From an uncultured Candidatus Saccharibacteria bacterium (GTDB lineage: Bacteria > Patescibacteriota > WWE3 > UBA101185 > 2-01-FULL-41-18): 64,000 bases of DNA. The notes under the pieces were generated by a model. That model had not been told where the DNA came from and searched no databases. It was given only the letters and a program-made list of their open reading frames with translations. Numbering within the stretch: position 1 is the first letter of the stretch; every line of letters begins with the position of its first letter. Positions 1 to 8,955 of this stretch are shown here, in pieces. The translations under genes were made by a program, and so were the position numbers. Location: assembly GCA_964636285.1 (NCBI GenBank), contig CAZWQF010000006.1, positions 938-64,937 on the forward strand, written 5' to 3'.

Positions 1-210
1 GTCCAGGGAAACCTTATACTTGCTGACCGCGGATCTAGGCATGGTACATTCATTTCAACCACTGAAGATCCCCAGGCACACAGACTAAAAAGAGGGGGGA
101 ACCTTACAGGCACCTTAAATATCACACAGCCAACAGAAATTTATCTACCTCTCCAGAAAGACACCGCAGGGAAAACTATATACTTAAAATTGGATTGTGA
201 TAAAAACTAA
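1..210 (+). CDS. possible 3' end of a CDS truncated by the window edge (hypothetical)
   Basis: An open frame runs from nt 1 to a TAA at 208-210 and translates to ...HRLKRGGNLTGTLNITQPTEIYLPLQKDTAGKTIYLKLDCDKN*. Composition is moderately GC-rich compared with neighbours. I see no recognisable motif. Confidence 0.2.
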   Translation, partial: VQGNLILADRGSRHGTFISTTEDPQAHRLKRGGNLTGTLNITQPTEIYLPLQKDTAGKTIYLKLDCDKN

Positions 211-1442
211 TATATAACCCCGCCTCCCAGTACTTTTCCTTTATCTACCAGATCATAAAAAACAGCGCTCTGTCCTGGAGCAACTCCAACCGTGTATTCA
301 TCAAGCTCTACTTTTAATACTTCCGTTCTTATCCGCTTTGAATCTTGCCCATGAACAGAAGCCTGTTTTCCAGCACCGTCTAAGCTTTTTTTCGAACATA
401 CCCTACAAGCCATCTTCTCCCCCAAATTTCTTATCCGAACAAAACATTTAAGACCTTCCTCCCCAACCCCCTTAGCTTCTCCTGCCTCACCAAATAACCT
501 TGCATATTCGCTTCTTATAAAACTCAGCTCGCCAACCTCAAACTCCTTAACCTCCGAATCCTTTGCAAAACCAACAACAAGCGTATTCGTTTTTGCATCT
601 TTTTTCACAACATACACCGGCATCCCAACATACTTATCAAGCCTAAACCCGTGCCTCTGCCCAATCGTATAGAGCGGAACCCCTTCGTGCTCACCAATAA
701 CTTCCCCCTCAACATTTACAACCGGCCCCTTCTCAACCTCTACGTTCGCCCTTATAAAATCAGCCACATTTATATCTCCAATAAAACAGATTCCAACGCT
801 GTCCGGCTTCTGTGCAGTTGCCAAATTAAATCTTTTAGCAAGTTCTCTTGTCTCACTTTTCTCATAGTCACCAAGTGGAAAAAGCGAATGGGAAAGGGCT
901 TCCTGACCTAACCTAAATAAAAAGTAACTTTGGTCTTTTCCATCATCAACTCCGGATAAAAGATCATATTCTTGCAATAAGTCTCCACCCACTTTAGCCG
1001 TAGCCTTCCCTTCCACCTGACTTACCCGAGCATAGTGTCCTGTTGCAACAAAATCAAAACCCTCCTTCAAAGCCCATTTTAAAAAAAGCCCAAACTTAAT
1101 CTCCTTATTACACATAATATCTGGGTTTGGAGTTTTACCCGCTTTCACCTCATCAAAAAAATATTTCAAAACAGTGTCTTTATACTCTGAAACAAAATTC
1201 AAGTCCTTAAAAGAAATTCCAAGAGTAGATGCAATTTTAATAGCGTCTCTTCTATCCTCGTTACCTTTACAACCAGGTAAGTTATAGTCCCAACACTGCA
1301 TGTGCACCCCAACAACATCAAACCCAAGGTCAACCAAAATCTTTGCTGCCACAGAACTATCAACACCACCTGATAACCCAACTGCAACCTTCACAGACCT
1401 CCCAAACTTTTCTTTAACTTGTCTTAAATATTCGTTTTTCAT
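207..1442 (-). CDS. mnmA: tRNA-specific 2-thiouridylase MnmA
   Basis: N-terminal PP-loop SGGVDSS; conserved Cys residues; ~410 aa, typical of the MnmA/TrmU family. Confidence 0.85.
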   Translation of the reverse strand: MKNEYLRQVKEKFGRSVKVAVGLSGGVDSSVAAKILVDLGFDVVGVHMQCWDYNLPGCKGNEDRRDAIKIASTLGISFKDLNFVSEYKDTVLKYFFDEVKAGKTPNPDIMCNKEIKFGLFLKWALKEGFDFVATGHYARVSQVEGKATAKVGGDLLQEYDLLSGVDDGKDQSYFLFRLGQEALSHSLFPLGDYEKSETRELAKRFNLATAQKPDSVGICFIGDINVADFIRANVEVEKGPVVNVEGEVIGEHEGVPLYTIGQRHGFRLDKYVGMPVYVVKKDAKTNTLVVGFAKDSEVKEFEVGELSFIRSEYARLFGEAGEAKGVGEEGLKCFVRIRNLGEKMACRVCSKKSLDGAGKQASVHGQDSKRIRTEVLKVELDEYTVGVAPGQSAVFYDLVDKGKVLGGGVIY

Positions 1443-1478
1443 CTTGTTTCTTAAACAATAAATACAGTTTCAATTATA

Positions 1479-2549
1479 GTGTATAATCCCCTGGTGCATA
1501 AAATACCGGCACAAGAGACAGGCACCAACTATAACTCAGAACCAAATGAGATAAAAACCGCTATTCAAAACTCCAAAAACATAGCACTTTTCCTACATAG
1601 AAGCCCTGACCTTGATAGCCTTTGCTCAAACTACGCCATGCATGTTTATCTGGAGTCAATCAAAAAGCCACATACACTTTTTAGTTTGGATAAAGTACCT
1701 AATTCTTATGATCTCTTTGATACTTCCTTTATAAAATCGAATGAGGATCCGGCAAAACTAGACTTTTCGCCTTTTGATCTTGTAATTGGAATTGATATGG
1801 GTAGCCCTTCCGTTTCTACACAGGAAAAAAGCTTCAGTTTCCCAGAGCTTGGGTTGAATGGAGAAAAGCTATTAAAAATTAATATAGATCACCATGACAA
1901 CTCATTTTGGGGGGACATCAATTATTCGTTTGCTCACAGAAATTCGGCTTGTTCTATTCTTTTCACACTATTTCAGGCATTTGGATTTGAAGTTAAAAAT
2001 AACCTAGCGAACGTTCTACTATTAGGGCACCTTGCTGATACAGGCGTTTTTCAAAACCAACTTACATCCGAGGACTTAAGAGTTTCAGCGGAATTAATTG
2101 ATAGGGGCGCTGACGGGGCAAAAATGATATGGTATCTTAATTTTAATCTTGACTACTTAGCTTTTAAACGCAGGGCATATGTTCTTTCTAAAACAACTAT
2201 GGATAGAGAAAGAAACATCGCATACTCAAGCCTATCAATAAAAGAGAACCAAGACCTTGGGATTTCCCCAGAACTAGATGTTGATATGAATGGAAAGGAA
2301 GTACAGGATATTCGGAGGATTAAAGGGATAAATTTTGCAATGTTCTTTAAGGAAAAATCCGATAATAGAGTAACGGTAAGCTTTAGATCAAATAATCCAG
2401 AGTTTGATGTGTCAAAAATTGCTGTGCTGCTTGGAGGCGGAGGTCATAAAAATGCTGCTGCCGCTATGGTTCCAGATTCAACTTTAGACGAGGCTATAAA
2501 GTACGTCTTAAAAGTTATTGATGCCTATAATGAGCGCTCCCTTGAATAA
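1479..2549 (+). CDS. DHH/DHHA1 family phosphoesterase (NrnA-like nanoRNase / pAp phosphatase)
   Basis: HRSPDLDSLCS and DHHDN motifs; C-terminal DHHA1 GGGGHKNAAAA motif. The start codon overlaps a TGTATAAT-like sequence, so the true start is uncertain. Confidence 0.7.
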   Translation: MYNPLVHKIPAQETGTNYNSEPNEIKTAIQNSKNIALFLHRSPDLDSLCSNYAMHVYLESIKKPHTLFSLDKVPNSYDLFDTSFIKSNEDPAKLDFSPFDLVIGIDMGSPSVSTQEKSFSFPELGLNGEKLLKINIDHHDNSFWGDINYSFAHRNSACSILFTLFQAFGFEVKNNLANVLLLGHLADTGVFQNQLTSEDLRVSAELIDRGADGAKMIWYLNFNLDYLAFKRRAYVLSKTTMDRERNIAYSSLSIKENQDLGISPELDVDMNGKEVQDIRRIKGINFAMFFKEKSDNRVTVSFRSNNPEFDVSKIAVLLGGGGHKNAAAAMVPDSTLDEAIKYVLKVIDAYNERSLE

Positions 2550-2558
2550 TTAAGCTAG

Positions 2559-3143
2559 TTATTTTTTAGCTACAGGGCTTACTTCAAAACCCTCCTTATT
2601 TAACGAAGCAATAAGACTCTGAGCTTCTTCCTCTGAGATTTTAAATACCAAAGCCTCGTGCTGATCAAAAGTAGCCAAAATAAGTGACTTGAGTTTTTCC
2701 TGTGGGGAATCCACAAGGTCCATCAAATAAACTTTTTTGACGTCATCAAGATAGGATAGGGCCTCAGATTTATGATTTCTTGATAAGTCAGAGTTTTCAA
2801 TTGAAACTTTTACTTTTTTAAGAGTTTCAAGGCCTTGATCCCTCTTAAGGTAAAGGTCAACCCCACTCATTCCAGACCTAACCTCAAGCTCATGAGTGTT
2901 TAAGGCTCTTAAAAGCCTTACTCTAGATTCGCCCAAATTCTTCTCTTCATTTGATGCTTCTGCCTTTCCAATACCTGAAAAGACTTTGGAGATGTTATCT
3001 ACAACTATCTCAAAGAAAGTTTTTCTTGAGTCTGAGTTTTTATATTCTTCTGGTGATGCTGAATAAACCCTTGTTAAAGGGACGCATAAAAATGCTACCG
3101 AATAAACTAAAACAGCTATAACGGACAACTTTGATATTTTCAT
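2559..3143 (-). CDS. hypothetical secreted or membrane-anchored protein
   Basis: N-terminal hydrophobic signal or anchor (KLSVIAVLVYSVAFLCVPL); no recognisable catalytic motif. Confidence 0.5.
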   Translation of the reverse strand: MKISKLSVIAVLVYSVAFLCVPLTRVYSASPEEYKNSDSRKTFFEIVVDNISKVFSGIGKAEASNEEKNLGESRVRLLRALNTHELEVRSGMSGVDLYLKRDQGLETLKKVKVSIENSDLSRNHKSEALSYLDDVKKVYLMDLVDSPQEKLKSLILATFDQHEALVFKISEEEAQSLIASLNKEGFEVSPVAKK

Positions 3144-3326
3144 AGACCTTTCTGGGCTGGCTACAGGAAAATGGCAGATTGCCGGCAGTGAATGATCTTA
3201 CAAGATAACGGTGAGAATTTTAACATATATTGAGGGCATAATCAACCTTAAGAGAGGTAAAGAATATGCTGTAGGTAAGAGATAAAACGGCTATCAAACT
3301 TGTGTTTTGGCCGTGATTTATGGGAT

Positions 3327-4295
3327 TTAGCTATGGTGAAGCCTTTTAAAGACCGCTTCCGCCGCAATCGCACCTTCAGAAGCAGCGGTAACAAGCTGTG
3401 CAAACCTATTTGAGGCGGTTGTAACATCACCAGCCGCATAAAGGCCGTCAACATTTGTGCTTTGATCTTCGGCTACTTTAATATAGCCTCTGTCGGTTAC
3501 TTCAACCCCAAGGGTTTTTGCCAGAGTGTTTTCCGGGTCAAAACCTATTTCAATGAAAACACCGTCCAAAGCAAGGGTAGTGGAGCCGTTGTAAGGTTTA
3601 TCAAGCGTTACCTCTTGGACTTTTGAAGATCCTTTGATTTCAGTCACGTTTGTATCAAGAATAAATTCTATTTTTGGATTACTTTTTGCTTTATCAATGT
3701 TTCCAGGCTTAGCTCTAAAATCTGATCTTCTGTGAATCAAATATACTTTTGATGCGTTGTTTGCAAGATCAAGGGCACCGCCAATTGCAGCGTCGCCACC
3801 GCCAATAACGGCTGTAACTTTGTTTCTAAAAAACGGGCCGTCGCATGTAGCGCAGTAACTCACACCCCTTCCTGACAGCTCGTTTTCTCCGGGAACTCCA
3901 AGGTGTCTGTGGTTTGCCCCGCTGGTTAAAATCACAGTCTTTGCAATTATCCTTGTGTACCCATCTCCTGAGTCTGTAATAGCCTCAAACCCACCCTCCA
4001 CTTTTTTAACTGACTCCACAAAGGCGCTAACAAGGTTTGCGCCAAGGCTTCTTGCATGGTCTTCATAGTTTTGTGCAAGCTCAGGGCCTGTAATTTTCTT
4101 TGAACCAGGCCAGTTTTCTATTTCGCCTGTATTTAAGATTTGACCTCCAAAATCTTTTGAAACAAGCACGGTTTTAAGGTTGTACCTAACAGCATAAATT
4201 GCGGAAGTGAGCCCTGCAGCTCCACCACCTATGATTAAAAGGTCACAAACAAACGGCTCCTTATTCGAATCTAAAAATGAAGTTTGTAAATCCAT
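3327..4295 (-). CDS. trxB: thioredoxin-disulfide reductase
   Basis: FAD-binding GGGAAG motif; redox-active CATCDG; NAD(P)-binding GGGDAA; ~320 aa. Confidence 0.85.
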   Translation of the reverse strand: MDLQTSFLDSNKEPFVCDLLIIGGGAAGLTSAIYAVRYNLKTVLVSKDFGGQILNTGEIENWPGSKKITGPELAQNYEDHARSLGANLVSAFVESVKKVEGGFEAITDSGDGYTRIIAKTVILTSGANHRHLGVPGENELSGRGVSYCATCDGPFFRNKVTAVIGGGDAAIGGALDLANNASKVYLIHRRSDFRAKPGNIDKAKSNPKIEFILDTNVTEIKGSSKVQEVTLDKPYNGSTTLALDGVFIEIGFDPENTLAKTLGVEVTDRGYIKVAEDQSTNVDGLYAAGDVTTASNRFAQLVTAASEGAIAAEAVFKRLHHS

Positions 4296-4345
4296 CAGAC
4301 TGAAATTCTAAACCTAAAGTTAAGTTTAGAAAAGAATTAATACAC

Positions 4346-4828
4346 CTAAGCCCTACCGTGCTCAATAAGCTGGTGCGCTTCCTCCATTGCTTGAATAATA
4401 TCACCTACTAAAAGCTGAGCATCTCTAAAAGTAAGTTTTCTAAAGTTATGAGGGTAATAATGGAACACAAGATTTCTTCCGTTCTTCCAAACAGCCCAAA
4501 GAAATTCAGAAAGGTCTCTATCAGGAATATGCCTTGGGATTCTTGCATAAACATTCTTGTTCTCGTGCGAAAAAGTTGGGTTCAAAATTCTTCCTATCCT
4601 AACGTCATCACCAAAAAATTCGTTTTTATCTATTAAATGAAGATCAAGAAATAGCTTTTTAAGAAACCCCTCATAAGCTTTTGAGAAAGGAAACACAAGG
4701 TACGAATAATCAGAAATCTTGTTGTTGTGCTCAGAAACATCCGCTAAAAGAATTTCCCCGTCAGAAACTAGCCCCTGCAAATTTTCGCCAAGATACTCCC
4801 AAAGTTTTGAAGTTCTATTAATAAGCAT
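4346..4828 (-). CDS. hypothetical protein (160 aa, no recognisable motif)
   Basis: A clean ORF, AT-rich like the backbone. It lies between trxB and the first GC-rich island. Confidence 0.5.
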   Translation of the reverse strand: MLINRTSKLWEYLGENLQGLVSDGEILLADVSEHNNKISDYSYLVFPFSKAYEGFLKKLFLDLHLIDKNEFFGDDVRIGRILNPTFSHENKNVYARIPRHIPDRDLSEFLWAVWKNGRNLVFHYYPHNFRKLTFRDAQLLVGDIIQAMEEAHQLIEHGRA

Positions 4829-4979
4829 GAGGTATTTATATCAGAAAAGAATTGAGGGTTGAAGATTTTGTAACGATGAGTTGTTTTAGAAAGTAGAAGA
4901 GCCGCCCGTATGTCCAGAAAAATCTGACAAACGAGCGGCCCTTGCCGGTCAAGTAAGGGTTGTGAGCGAAGCCCTAATT

Positions 4980-5288
4980 CTAGGCTTTGACGTTGATGGT
5001 GCCCGCACCCCACTCATTGTTACAAACTGAGCAGTGGTGATCCGCACCTGGGTGTCGAAGGCCTCCCTTGATGGTCACGTCCTTGGTCATCACGCTTTGA
5101 CAAGAGCCGTAGCACTGAGGGCAACCGCACCCACAAAGCTCAGGACCTTGGCTTCTTGCAGTCGGGTGGTAGCCCTGGACACTCTCGGCCGAACCTCCTT
5201 GACGCGGATTCCCGGCACCGGTCCCTGACCCCGAATTTCCAACGACCACGTTCTTCGTACGCCCGCCCCATAACGCTGACAAAGGCAT
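4980..5288 (-). CDS. small Gly/Cys-rich protein encoded in a GC-rich island (hypothetical; possible metal-binding protein or peptide precursor)
   Basis: The ORF has an AGAGGAT Shine-Dalgarno sequence 6 nt upstream of the ATG. A C-terminal Cys cluster reads CGCGCPQCYGSC...HHCSVCN. A GC-rich hairpin follows the stop. Local GC is far above the backbone. Confidence 0.45.
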   Translation of the reverse strand: MPLSALWGGRTKNVVVGNSGSGTGAGNPRQGGSAESVQGYHPTARSQGPELCGCGCPQCYGSCQSVMTKDVTIKGGLRHPGADHHCSVCNNEWGAGTINVKA

Positions 5289-5385
5289 GGTATCCTCTAT
5301 TCTTCTTGGGCTGCCGTTACAACAGCCTAGTTTTGTGTGAGGATTCTAACACTATAGGTATGCATTTATCAAATCCCAATAAACC

Positions 5386-8124
5386 TTGTACCTTTTTTCT
5401 TTAGCCAATATACTAAAACCTATGTACTACACCAAAACTGCCGACGACGTTCTTTTAGAACTCAAAACCTCCGCCACAACTGGCCTTTCGCTTAATGACG
5501 CTTCCCAAAAACTCATCACAAACGGATTCAACGAGCTTCCTGAACCAAAAAAAGAGCCCCTCATACTTAAATTTCTTTCAGAATTCACAGACCCGTTGAT
5601 CATCCTCTTAATTATTGCGTCAGGAATTTCATATTTTCTTGGCGAAGGGATAGACGCACTCGCCATCATCGCAATCGTAATCATCAACGCAGTTATAGGC
5701 TTTTCACAGGAATATAAAGCCGAAAAAGCCATAGAAGCGCTAAAAAAGATGTCCGCTTCGTTTACAAAAGTTTTAAGAGATGGGGAAGTTCACAAAATAG
5801 AGGCAAAGAAACTTGTTGTTGGAGACATAATTCTCCTTGAAGCAGGAGACAAAGTACCAGCAGACGCAAGACTAATAGAGTGTGCAAACCTTGAGGTCTC
5901 AGAAGCAGTTATCACAGGAGAATCAGTGCCCGTAAAAAAATCACTTAATGTAATTTTGCAAGAAGGCCTTGCATTAGGTGACCAGAAAAATATGGTTTTT
6001 AAAGACACCTCAGTTGTTTACGGCAGGGCTAGAGCAATAGTCACAAGCACTGGCGCAGGTACGGAAGTAGGAAAAATCTCAACTCTTCTTAAAGAGGAGG
6101 AAACTGAACAAACACCTCTTCAAAAAGAAATAACAAAAGTTGGGAAAAGCCTAAGTATAGCTGCCTTATTAATAATTGTAGTTATATTTCTAACTGAAAT
6201 TTTCTTTGATGGAACAGATTTAAAACTCGCCTTTTTGAGCTCAGTAAGTCTTGCTGTTGCAGCCATACCTGAAGGTCTTCCTGCGGTCATTACCATTGTG
6301 TTAGCAATTGGAGTAACACGACTTGCAGCAAAAAAAGCCATCATAAGAAAGCTCCCCGCAGTGGAAACTCTGGGCGCAACAACTCACATTCTCACTGATA
6401 AAACAGGAACTCTTACACAAAATAGAATGGTTGTAACGGATCTTTATCTATCAGGTAACCAAGAATACAAAGTAGACGGCCAAGGGTACAATCCAAAAGG
6501 CTTTTTCTACAATAGTAGCAATGTGAAAGTAGAACCTAGGGAGCATGATAATTTATATAACCTTTTAAAATATGGTGCACTTTGTAACGATTCAACTCTC
6601 ACTGAAAACAAGGAAACAAATAAATGGGAAATTGTTGGGGATATAACCGAAGGAGCACTTGTAGTTACAACTGAAAAAGCAGGGATCAGCTATAAAAAAT
6701 TGAGAGATGAAAATAAAAGAATATACGAGATGCCTTTCTCTTCGATAACAAAAATAATGGCAACAGTGCACCGTACAGAAACAGGTAAAGCTCTAGTTGT
6801 TGTAAAGGGAGCTCCTGAAGTTATTGTTACAAAGTGCAAAATGCAAGAAGCGGATAGAAAACAAATTTTGGAGAAAGTTGATTACTACGCATCAGAAGGA
6901 CTCAGGAGTTTGGGTTTTTGCACTAAAGAAATAGATATTTCAGAGATTGATACCCTTGTTAACTCAGATGAAACAAAGAAAGAATCTCTAGAACAAAAAT
7001 TAATATCAGACTTAATTTTTACTGGAATTATGTGCCAAAAAGATCCTCTTAGACTAGAAGTTAAGGATGCTGTTTTTGAAGCACAGAAAGCAGGTATCAC
7101 AACAGTCATGGTGACAGGAGACCATAAGCTTACTGCGGTATCAATTGCAAAAGAGCTTGGAATTGCAAAAAGCGCGGAAGATGCAATGACTGGGGAGGAA
7201 ATTGCAAAACTAAGTCAAGAAGAGTTTGAACAAATCGTAATTACTAAAAGAGTTTTTGCAAGGGTATCGCCTGAACAAAAACTTAAACTTGTAAAGGCAT
7301 TTAAAAAAGCAAAAAACATTGTTGCTGTAACAGGCGATGGGGTTAATGACGCTCCTGCAATTAAAGCTGCGGATATAGGCATCTCAATGGGAATTGAGGG
7401 TACAGATGTTTCAAAAGAAGCATCAGACATGATTCTTCAGAATGACAACTACGCCACAATAGTTGCTGCAATTGAAGAGGGTAGAATTGTATTTGATAAT
7501 TTAATTAAATTTATTACTTACTTAATCTCGTGCAACATTTCAGAGATAATAATAATCTTTTTGTCGGCAGTTTTGAGAGATCCATTACCACTTCTTCCAA
7601 TACATCTACTATGGATAAATCTTGTTACAGATGGCTTTCCTTCCTTAGCTCTTGGTATGGAGCCTGGGGAAAAAGACATTATGAAAAGAGCCCCAAGACG
7701 TATATCAGAGGGAATTTTAAATTCCAAAAGATGGTTAATTATGGCTTTAGAAGGTGTGACTATGGGCTTAGCAGTATTTACTGCTTTTAAAGTTTCGAAC
7801 CATTACTTTGGTATTGATGTAGCAAGGACTGTAACTTTCTTGGCGCTTAATTTGGCCCAGCTTGTTCATTCGTTAAATAGTAGATCAGAGAAAAAATCTC
7901 TATTTAGTATAGGAGTTACAGGCAATAAGCTTTTACTTGGAGTTTTTGTTGTTTCCATAGCTGCTCAATTTCCTGTGATATATAGCGTAGTTGGAGAAAA
8001 ATTGTTCAAAGCTGTTGACCTTAACCTGGCACAACTTGGGATTGCATTTGCAGCTGCCTGCGTTCCGTTTGTAGTTGTAGAGGTGTTAAAAGTCTTCAGA
8101 CGAATGGAAAAAGCTAGCGCATAA
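5386..8124 (+). CDS. P-type cation-transporting ATPase (type II, Ca2+/Mg2+-like)
   Basis: DKTGTLT phosphorylation motif; KGAPE; TGDGVNDAPAL hinge; 8-10 TM segments; 912 aa. Confidence 0.85.
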   Translation: MYLFSLANILKPMYYTKTADDVLLELKTSATTGLSLNDASQKLITNGFNELPEPKKEPLILKFLSEFTDPLIILLIIASGISYFLGEGIDALAIIAIVIINAVIGFSQEYKAEKAIEALKKMSASFTKVLRDGEVHKIEAKKLVVGDIILLEAGDKVPADARLIECANLEVSEAVITGESVPVKKSLNVILQEGLALGDQKNMVFKDTSVVYGRARAIVTSTGAGTEVGKISTLLKEEETEQTPLQKEITKVGKSLSIAALLIIVVIFLTEIFFDGTDLKLAFLSSVSLAVAAIPEGLPAVITIVLAIGVTRLAAKKAIIRKLPAVETLGATTHILTDKTGTLTQNRMVVTDLYLSGNQEYKVDGQGYNPKGFFYNSSNVKVEPREHDNLYNLLKYGALCNDSTLTENKETNKWEIVGDITEGALVVTTEKAGISYKKLRDENKRIYEMPFSSITKIMATVHRTETGKALVVVKGAPEVIVTKCKMQEADRKQILEKVDYYASEGLRSLGFCTKEIDISEIDTLVNSDETKKESLEQKLISDLIFTGIMCQKDPLRLEVKDAVFEAQKAGITTVMVTGDHKLTAVSIAKELGIAKSAEDAMTGEEIAKLSQEEFEQIVITKRVFARVSPEQKLKLVKAFKKAKNIVAVTGDGVNDAPAIKAADIGISMGIEGTDVSKEASDMILQNDNYATIVAAIEEGRIVFDNLIKFITYLISCNISEIIIIFLSAVLRDPLPLLPIHLLWINLVTDGFPSLALGMEPGEKDIMKRAPRRISEGILNSKRWLIMALEGVTMGLAVFTAFKVSNHYFGIDVARTVTFLALNLAQLVHSLNSRSEKKSLFSIGVTGNKLLLGVFVVSIAAQFPVIYSVVGEKLFKAVDLNLAQLGIAFAAACVPFVVVEVLKVFRRMEKASA

Positions 8125-8130
8125 ACAAAA

Positions 8131-8154
8131 AACGACCGGTTTTAAACGGTCGTT
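8131..8154. terminator. GC-rich hairpin (AACGACCG-N8-CGGTCGTT), a rho-independent terminator mainly for the minus-strand island gene
   Basis: A perfect 8-bp stem. On the minus strand it is followed by UUUUUUG. It sits just after the ATPase stop codon. Confidence 0.55.
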
Positions 8155-8296
8155 ACTTGTCTTGAAAAAACCAGGCGTTATGCCTCACTTTCTCAAGCAA
8201 AACACATTCAACGGTATCAAGAGCCGTTTACCAATTTGTAAAAGGTCCTTGCGGAGTCAGTCTTCAAATTGGCTGTGTTCTCTACGAAGTCAGAGC

Positions 8297-8803
8297 TTAG
8301 TAGTCCCCACCCCACTCTGGATCGTCATAGTAGCCGTCTCTCAGACGTGCCCAGTCCAGAGCTTCAAGACTATGAGGACTCAAGGCCGGAGGAACAGGAA
8401 ACACCACCCCGGTTTGTTGAAAGAGAAAAGCTCTTCGAGCTTTCACCTCCAAAGCTTTCTGCTCCTCAAGAAGACGAAGCCTACCCTCCTCATTCTTCAG
8501 GTGCTTCTGAATATAAGGCCTGAGCTCAGATGGAAAGCTTCCCATCATGCTGGACAAGAGCTCCATAGAGGCCACATTGAACTCCGGGTCCTTGCCGTGC
8601 CACACCATTACGGTCAAGGGCGACTTGGCAACAACCACAATAGTAACTGGAAGCAATGCCCTGCCAGAGCGCCTCTGCCAAGCTTCGACCTGATGGCCAA
8701 TAAGAAGCTGAAGCTCCCAATGACTTTTGACCAAACCTTTGCTCCAGACACGGCCCGAGCACTCAACACCTTCCTCCCCAATCACAAAATAGTTGTATCT
8801 CAT
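8297..8803 (-). CDS. hypothetical protein encoded in a GC-rich island
   Basis: The true start is at MRYNYFVIGEEG, with a perfect AAGGAGG Shine-Dalgarno sequence 5 nt upstream. The longer ORF in the six-frame track reads through this sequence. The gene is GC-rich and has its own terminator. Confidence 0.55.
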   Translation of the reverse strand: MRYNYFVIGEEGVECSGRVWSKGLVKSHWELQLLIGHQVEAWQRRSGRALLPVTIVVVAKSPLTVMVWHGKDPEFNVASMELLSSMMGSFPSELRPYIQKHLKNEEGRLRLLEEQKALEVKARRAFLFQQTGVVFPVPPALSPHSLEALDWARLRDGYYDDPEWGGDY

Positions 8804-8955
8804 GACACCCTCCTTAGGCGTCAAGCCTGTTGTTGAATTTGGAAGATTCTACACTTTATCCACAGAATTATCAAATACTATAGGTTGGTTGGTTTGCTCT
8901 TTGATCCAAGACAGTTAAGGGCGCGCCAGTATACCCGTCGTGATATCATTACCTC

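Noticed and set aside
4861-5300. GC-rich islands as structured ncRNA genes (tmRNA, RNase P RNA, SRP RNA)
   Set aside because: I searched for these hallmarks and found none: the tmRNA tRNA-like ends and tag frame; the RNase P P4 motif GGAAAGUCCGG with ACAGAAnCCGGCUUA; the SRP GGUCAGGUCCGGAAGGAAGCAGC motif. The islands instead contain ORFs preceded by a Shine-Dalgarno sequence.
5427-8124. Multiple 60-100-aa minus-strand ORFs inside the P-type ATPase gene (5427..5732, 5790..6008, 6120..6344, 6885..7109, 7215..7430, 7518..7727) and similar antisense ORFs inside other long genes
   Set aside because: They lie entirely within strongly supported conserved coding sequences on the opposite strand. They have no start context and read as low-complexity translations. 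They are antisense artefacts.
8162-8836. Plus-strand ORFs (224 aa at 8162..8836 and 84 aa at 8269..8523) across GC island B
   Set aside because: They have low-complexity Arg/Ser/Pro-rich translations and no Shine-Dalgarno sequence. The minus-strand ORF starting at MRYNYF has a perfect AAGGAGG Shine-Dalgarno sequence and a protein-like composition. The plus-strand ORFs are most likely antisense artefacts of GC-rich DNA.
8859-8867. Perfect DnaA box TTATCCACA in the intergenic region upstream of the GT4 gene
   Set aside because: It is a single isolated 9-mer far from dnaA, most likely a chance occurrence. The origin-related clusters are at 52321-52621 and 54027-54035.
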